NCBI GenBank assembly: GCA_945877405.1
Contig: CAMCSA010000003.1
Location: 20,989-84,988, forward strand
Source of the DNA: an uncultured Erysipelotrichaceae bacterium
GTDB lineage: Bacteria; Bacillota_I; Bacilli_A; Erysipelotrichales; Erysipelotrichaceae
DNA length: 64,000 bases
Direction: 5' to 3'
The notes beneath the pieces are model-generated. The model was not told the DNA's origin. It did not search any database and worked only from the letters and a program-made list of their open reading frames with translations. This document shows, piece after piece, positions 60,778 through 64,000 of this stretch. Position numbers and translations under genes: made by a program. Positions within the stretch are counted from its first letter, which is position 1; each line of letters starts with the position of its first letter.

Positions 60778-61952
60778 TGGCCAGGGTATATTTTCATATT
60801 GATCTGAATGCGTTTTTTGCCAGTGCGGAAATCTTATTGAATCCATCTCTTGCTGGCAAACCACTTGCAGTGGCAGGACACACAAGAAGATCAGTTGTTT
60901 CCACAGCAAGCTATGAAGCCAGAAAGTTTGGTGTAAGCAGTGGCATGTCCATTCAGGAAGCGGTACGATTATGTCCGGACCTGATCATTCAGGAAGGGCA
61001 TTACCACTATTATGAGGAGCTTTCCAGCCAGTTTCTTGCGATTGTTTCTCTTTACTCAAAACTGGTGGAGCAGGCATCCATTGATGAATGCTATGTCGAT
61101 ATGACTGAAACCATTGCCAGGTATGAAAGACCTCTTGATCTGGCATGGGAGTTGCAGCAGAGGATCCGAAAAGAAACAGGTCTGCAGTGTTCCATTGGTA
61201 TTGGCCCGAATCTGTTTCTTGCCAAGATGGCAAGTGACATGAAAAAACCGATGGGCATCACGGTGTTACGGATCCGTGATGTACCATCAAGGATGTGGCC
61301 TTTACCGATTAAAGACATGCGTGGCATTGGGAAAAAGACATTACCATATATGGAAGAGCTCAATATCCGTACAATCGGAGATCTTGCCAATTATCCGGAT
61401 CTAAACAGATTACGTCCGGTATTTGGAAAGAATACAGAAGAAATCATTGAAAGAGCTCGTGGTATTGATCATTCACAGATGTTAATGGAATACGAAGCAA
61501 GATCCATGGGAATCTCGGAAACACTGCTGGAAGATGTTACCGATTACGATGAAATCAAAGGTGTATTCCGTATTCTTGCCCGTACTCTTTCTCACCGGTT
61601 GAAACAGGCAAATAAAGCCGGTACTAAAGTATCCATCCGGATCTGTTATTATGATCTGCATAATGCGGACCGCTCACGTACTCTCAAACATCCTGTATTC
61701 CGCAGTGATGATCTTTTCGTACAGGCAATGCAGCTGTTTGATGAAAACTGGGAAGAAGGGGATGCAGTCAGACTTCTTGGCATTACCGTATCTGACTTTG
61801 TGGAAGATTCCTATGTTCTGCATCAGCTGAGTCTGTTTGATGACCAACAGGAAAGAAAAGCTGAAACAGGTGAAGTGATTGCTGATCTGAACCACTCACT
61901 TGGCGTAAAAGCATTTGTCAGAGCATCCAGACTTCTGGAGAAAAAGAAATGA
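60777..61952 (+). CDS. dinB: DNA polymerase IV (Y-family)
   Basis: FHIDLNAFFASAE, SIDECYVD, GIGKKT. Confidence 0.93.
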   Translation: MARVYFHIDLNAFFASAEILLNPSLAGKPLAVAGHTRRSVVSTASYEARKFGVSSGMSIQEAVRLCPDLIIQEGHYHYYEELSSQFLAIVSLYSKLVEQASIDECYVDMTETIARYERPLDLAWELQQRIRKETGLQCSIGIGPNLFLAKMASDMKKPMGITVLRIRDVPSRMWPLPIKDMRGIGKKTLPYMEELNIRTIGDLANYPDLNRLRPVFGKNTEEIIERARGIDHSQMLMEYEARSMGISETLLEDVTDYDEIKGVFRILARTLSHRLKQANKAGTKVSIRICYYDLHNADRSRTLKHPVFRSDDLFVQAMQLFDENWEEGDAVRLLGITVSDFVEDSYVLHQLSLFDDQQERKAETGEVIADLNHSLGVKAFVRASRLLEKKK

Positions 61953-62866
61953 AGATTGATGAAGCGTTCCAGGAATACATGATGCATCTGCAGCTCAATC
62001 AGGGCAAAAGTACAAATACGGTGTATTCCTACAGTGAAGATCTGAAACAGTATATATCCTGGTTACATGAATCAGGGATTGAGAATATAGAAGATATCAC
62101 CGGCCAGCATGTACAGGATTTTCTGATCTATCAAAGCAGGACAAAAAAGGAAACGACCATTGCACGATATGCGTCCTCCATCCGTGGGTTTCATGCAGAT
62201 CTGAATTTCATCCATGGCATCAATGATCCATGTATCAACATTGAAGTCAGTGGTGCACACAGAACTTTACCGGATGTATGGTCTGTTGAAGACATTCAAA
62301 GACTGATGGAATCATTTGATGATCATGATCCATCTCAATGTGCTGACCATGCACTTCTGGAAACAGTTTATGCCTGCGGATTACGTATATCTGAAGTCAC
62401 TTCTTTGACACTCAATCGTGTTGATCTGGATACATGTACAATCCGTGTTAAGGGAAAAGGGGATAAGGAAAGAATTGTACCATTACCCGTAGGAATCCGG
62501 GATTTTCTGAAATACTATCGTGATATCGTCAGACCTGGTATTTTGAAAGAAAAAACGAACCTGTTTTTTGTCAATGTGCATGGCAGAAAAATGACAACTG
62601 TCCACGTAGATCTTCTATTAAAGCAGAAATGTATTGAACTTGGCATACAGGGGCATCTGACTGCACATAAACTGCGTCACAGTTATGCAACTCATATGTT
62701 GCAGGCAGGGGCAGATTTAAGAACAATCCAGGAGATACTGGGTCATAGTGATATTGCAACAACAGAAATATACACCCATGTTCTTAACAGACAGAAATTT
62801 GATTCCTATCAGGAAAACCATCCTGGGCAGTCAGTCAAAAAACTGGACTTTCATGCAAAGAAATGA
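61949..62866 (+). CDS. xerD: Tyrosine recombinase XerD-type
   Basis: Catalytic R...KLRHSYATHML...LGHSDIATTEIYTH and a SAM-like N-terminal domain. 305 aa. Confidence 0.85.
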   Translation: MKIDEAFQEYMMHLQLNQGKSTNTVYSYSEDLKQYISWLHESGIENIEDITGQHVQDFLIYQSRTKKETTIARYASSIRGFHADLNFIHGINDPCINIEVSGAHRTLPDVWSVEDIQRLMESFDDHDPSQCADHALLETVYACGLRISEVTSLTLNRVDLDTCTIRVKGKGDKERIVPLPVGIRDFLKYYRDIVRPGILKEKTNLFFVNVHGRKMTTVHVDLLLKQKCIELGIQGHLTAHKLRHSYATHMLQAGADLRTIQEILGHSDIATTEIYTHVLNRQKFDSYQENHPGQSVKKLDFHAKK

Positions 62867-62888
62867 TGTCTGAACAGGCATCATTTTT
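62862..62888 (+). terminator. Intrinsic terminator after xerD (ends the nusB-to-xerD gene string)
   Basis: 10-bp stem AATGATGTCT/AGGCATCATT followed by T5. Confidence 0.7.
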
Positions 62889-63101
62889 ATCATAGGAAAA
62901 AGCAGCCGCACATACGACTGCCTAATCCCGTTTCAAAAAATATAAACTTGAAAGGCAAAAGTTGAACTTATGCCATCTCTACAATCGCATAAAATCAATA
63001 TTTGTGCAAGTCCAGTAACCACATTTATGCATTATTTCTGATTCCAAATTATGAAACAAAATGTAATTTCATTTCAATTATGATTTGATAAACAATTGTT
63101 A

Positions 63102-63107
63102 TAGAAT
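63102..63107 (+). promoter_or_regulatory. -10 box TAGAAT 7 nt before the ATG at 63115 (leaderless-type), overlapped by palindrome ACAATTGT at 63092-63099
   Basis: Sequence is aACAATTGTtaTAGAATttacggtATG. Confidence 0.45.
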
Positions 63108-63114
63108 TTACGGT

Positions 63115-63651
63115 ATGAATATAAACGCATTTTCAAAAACATATACTGTCAGAAAACTGAAAGAATCTGACATAAAAGACATCTATCTGTTGTGTAAAGG
63201 TAACCCTCAGTATTACGTGCATTATCCTATGGAATTATCAGTTTCGAGCATTCAAGAAGATCTGAAAGCTCTGCCACCAGGGATTACACCGGACAGAAAG
63301 CATTATATTGGATATTATGATGCACATGAGGTACTGATTGCTGTGATGGATCTGATTGATGGATATCCAATACCTGATACGGTATTCATCGGTTTTTTTA
63401 TGTGCGACAATTCCGTACAGGGACATGGTATTGGAAGCAAGATTATTACTGAGCTGATTCAGAATCTTCAAAATAAAGGATACAGAACAGTACAGCTAGC
63501 ATGGATCACAACAGATACCCACGCAGAACACTTCTGGAAGAAAAACGGCTTCATACCAATCCAAGAAACAAAAAGTACAGATGGATATTCTGTACTTCTT
63601 GCGGAAAGATCACTGCATGAAACAAGTGTTCAAGAATTAAACGAATTGTAA
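63115..63651 (+). CDS. GNAT-family N-acetyltransferase
   Basis: VQGHGIGSKIITELIQNLQNKGY acetyl-CoA motif. Confidence 0.75.
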   Translation: MNINAFSKTYTVRKLKESDIKDIYLLCKGNPQYYVHYPMELSVSSIQEDLKALPPGITPDRKHYIGYYDAHEVLIAVMDLIDGYPIPDTVFIGFFMCDNSVQGHGIGSKIITELIQNLQNKGYRTVQLAWITTDTHAEHFWKKNGFIPIQETKSTDGYSVLLAERSLHETSVQELNEL

Positions 63652-63830
63652 ACTTTACTGTCTTTTTCTGCTATTTTTTACCACTTAGAAACAATTGAAT
63701 TGTAAACATTTATCGAGTATTTGTTTTACATGGACAAAAAATATCGATAATTAAATTGTAAACATTTGAGCTAATCGAGGATTTTTCAGTCGTTCACTTA
63801 TGGAAAATATCGATCGATTTAATAGATAGT
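63643..63830. repeat. Degenerate tandem repeat (~56-66 bp unit, 2 copies plus a partial one) with embedded palindromes
   Basis: AATTGTAAAC occurs at 63644, 63698 and 63754. AATTGTAAACATTT...ATCGAG...TGGA(CA)AAAATATCGAT occurs twice. Palindrome ACAATTGAATTGT lies at 63691-63703. Confidence 0.6.
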
Positions 63831-63859
63831 AAAAAGAAGGTATAGTATAGTATCTAATT

Positions 63860-64000
63860 ACTTGCAATTTCTCTCAAGCCATGCATGCGGCACTCTGGAT
63901 AACAGTACCTGTTCAGCTTCGATCTTATCGGTACCATATTTACCCCAGTATGTGTTGTTGCCAACGGATGTTTCTTCTATAAAAGGCTGAGACTCCGTGT
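63860..64000 (-). CDS. 3' end of an unidentified ORF running off the window
   Basis: The minus-strand frame is open from the window edge to TAA at 63860-63862 (...NTYWGKYGTDKIEAEQVLLSRVPHAWLERNCK*). It is too short to identify. Confidence 0.3.

Noticed and set aside
61949-62866. Integrase of a mobile element or genomic island
   Set aside because: Its sequence and size fit housekeeping XerD. It is translationally coupled to dinB and recN within a core operon. No att-like direct repeats flanking an island are visible in the window.
63626-63653. dif-like Xer recombination site near xerD (TGTTCAAGAATTAAACGAATTGTAAACT compared with B. subtilis dif ACTTCCTAGAATATATATTATGTAAACT)
   Set aside because: Only the right-arm TGTAAACT and a few left-arm bases match. 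The central region does not match, and the sequence lies inside the GNAT coding region. The position of a dif site is not expected to correlate with xerD. I kept only the repeat observation.
63643-63830. CRISPR array
   Set aside because: There are only two to three degenerate copies, with irregular spacing and no conserved repeat/spacer alternation. No cas genes are in the window.

Overview
This is a chromosomal segment of a low-GC Gram-positive bacterium. The gene order is Bacillota-type: ezrA-cysteine desulfurase-thiI, rplU-prp-rpmA-obg-ruvAB, and nusB-xseAB-ispA-dxs-recN. GC content is roughly 40 percent by eye and the standard genetic code applies. I call about 62 protein-coding genes, one truncated at each window edge. 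I also call 2 pseudogenes (an amber-interrupted LysR regulator and a gutted GH1 6-phospho-beta-glucosidase), one valS T-box leader, candidate L21 and S4 r-protein leaders, about 25 intrinsic terminators and several promoters. I saw no rRNA, tRNA, CRISPR array, transposase, phage or plasmid genes. The only recombinase is a housekeeping-type XerD. Most of the window is housekeeping. The items most worth a second look are listed below. (1) A five-gene operon (45983-50356) couples an iron-chelate-type ABC importer to a HydF-like GTPase and a TM1266/ACT-like protein, with no hydE/hydG/hydA in the window. It sits behind a terminator-containing leader that starts with a leaderless 9-codon mini-ORF. 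(2) A translationally coupled operon (3943-8349) mixes a 7TM-like membrane module, a Cache-GGDEF cyclase, a DUF1349-macrodomain fusion, DHFR and a nitroreductase. (3) A -10 box sits 6-7 nt upstream of an ATG that lacks a Shine-Dalgarno in at least 10 places, implying widespread leaderless transcripts. (4) A 144-bp element with 15-bp terminal inverted repeats lies exactly where the middle of the GH1 gene is missing. (5) An in-frame TAG interrupts the HTH of the LysR gene divergent from a CyuA-like cysteine desulfidase. (6) A site-2-protease-like peptidase is coupled to a UvrD-family helicase. (7) A degenerate tandem repeat and palindrome cluster lies in the AT-rich region after xerD. All calls come from motif recognition and manual reading of the sequence. 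No database search, HMM scan or RNA folding program was run, so family names are recognitions rather than measured hits.
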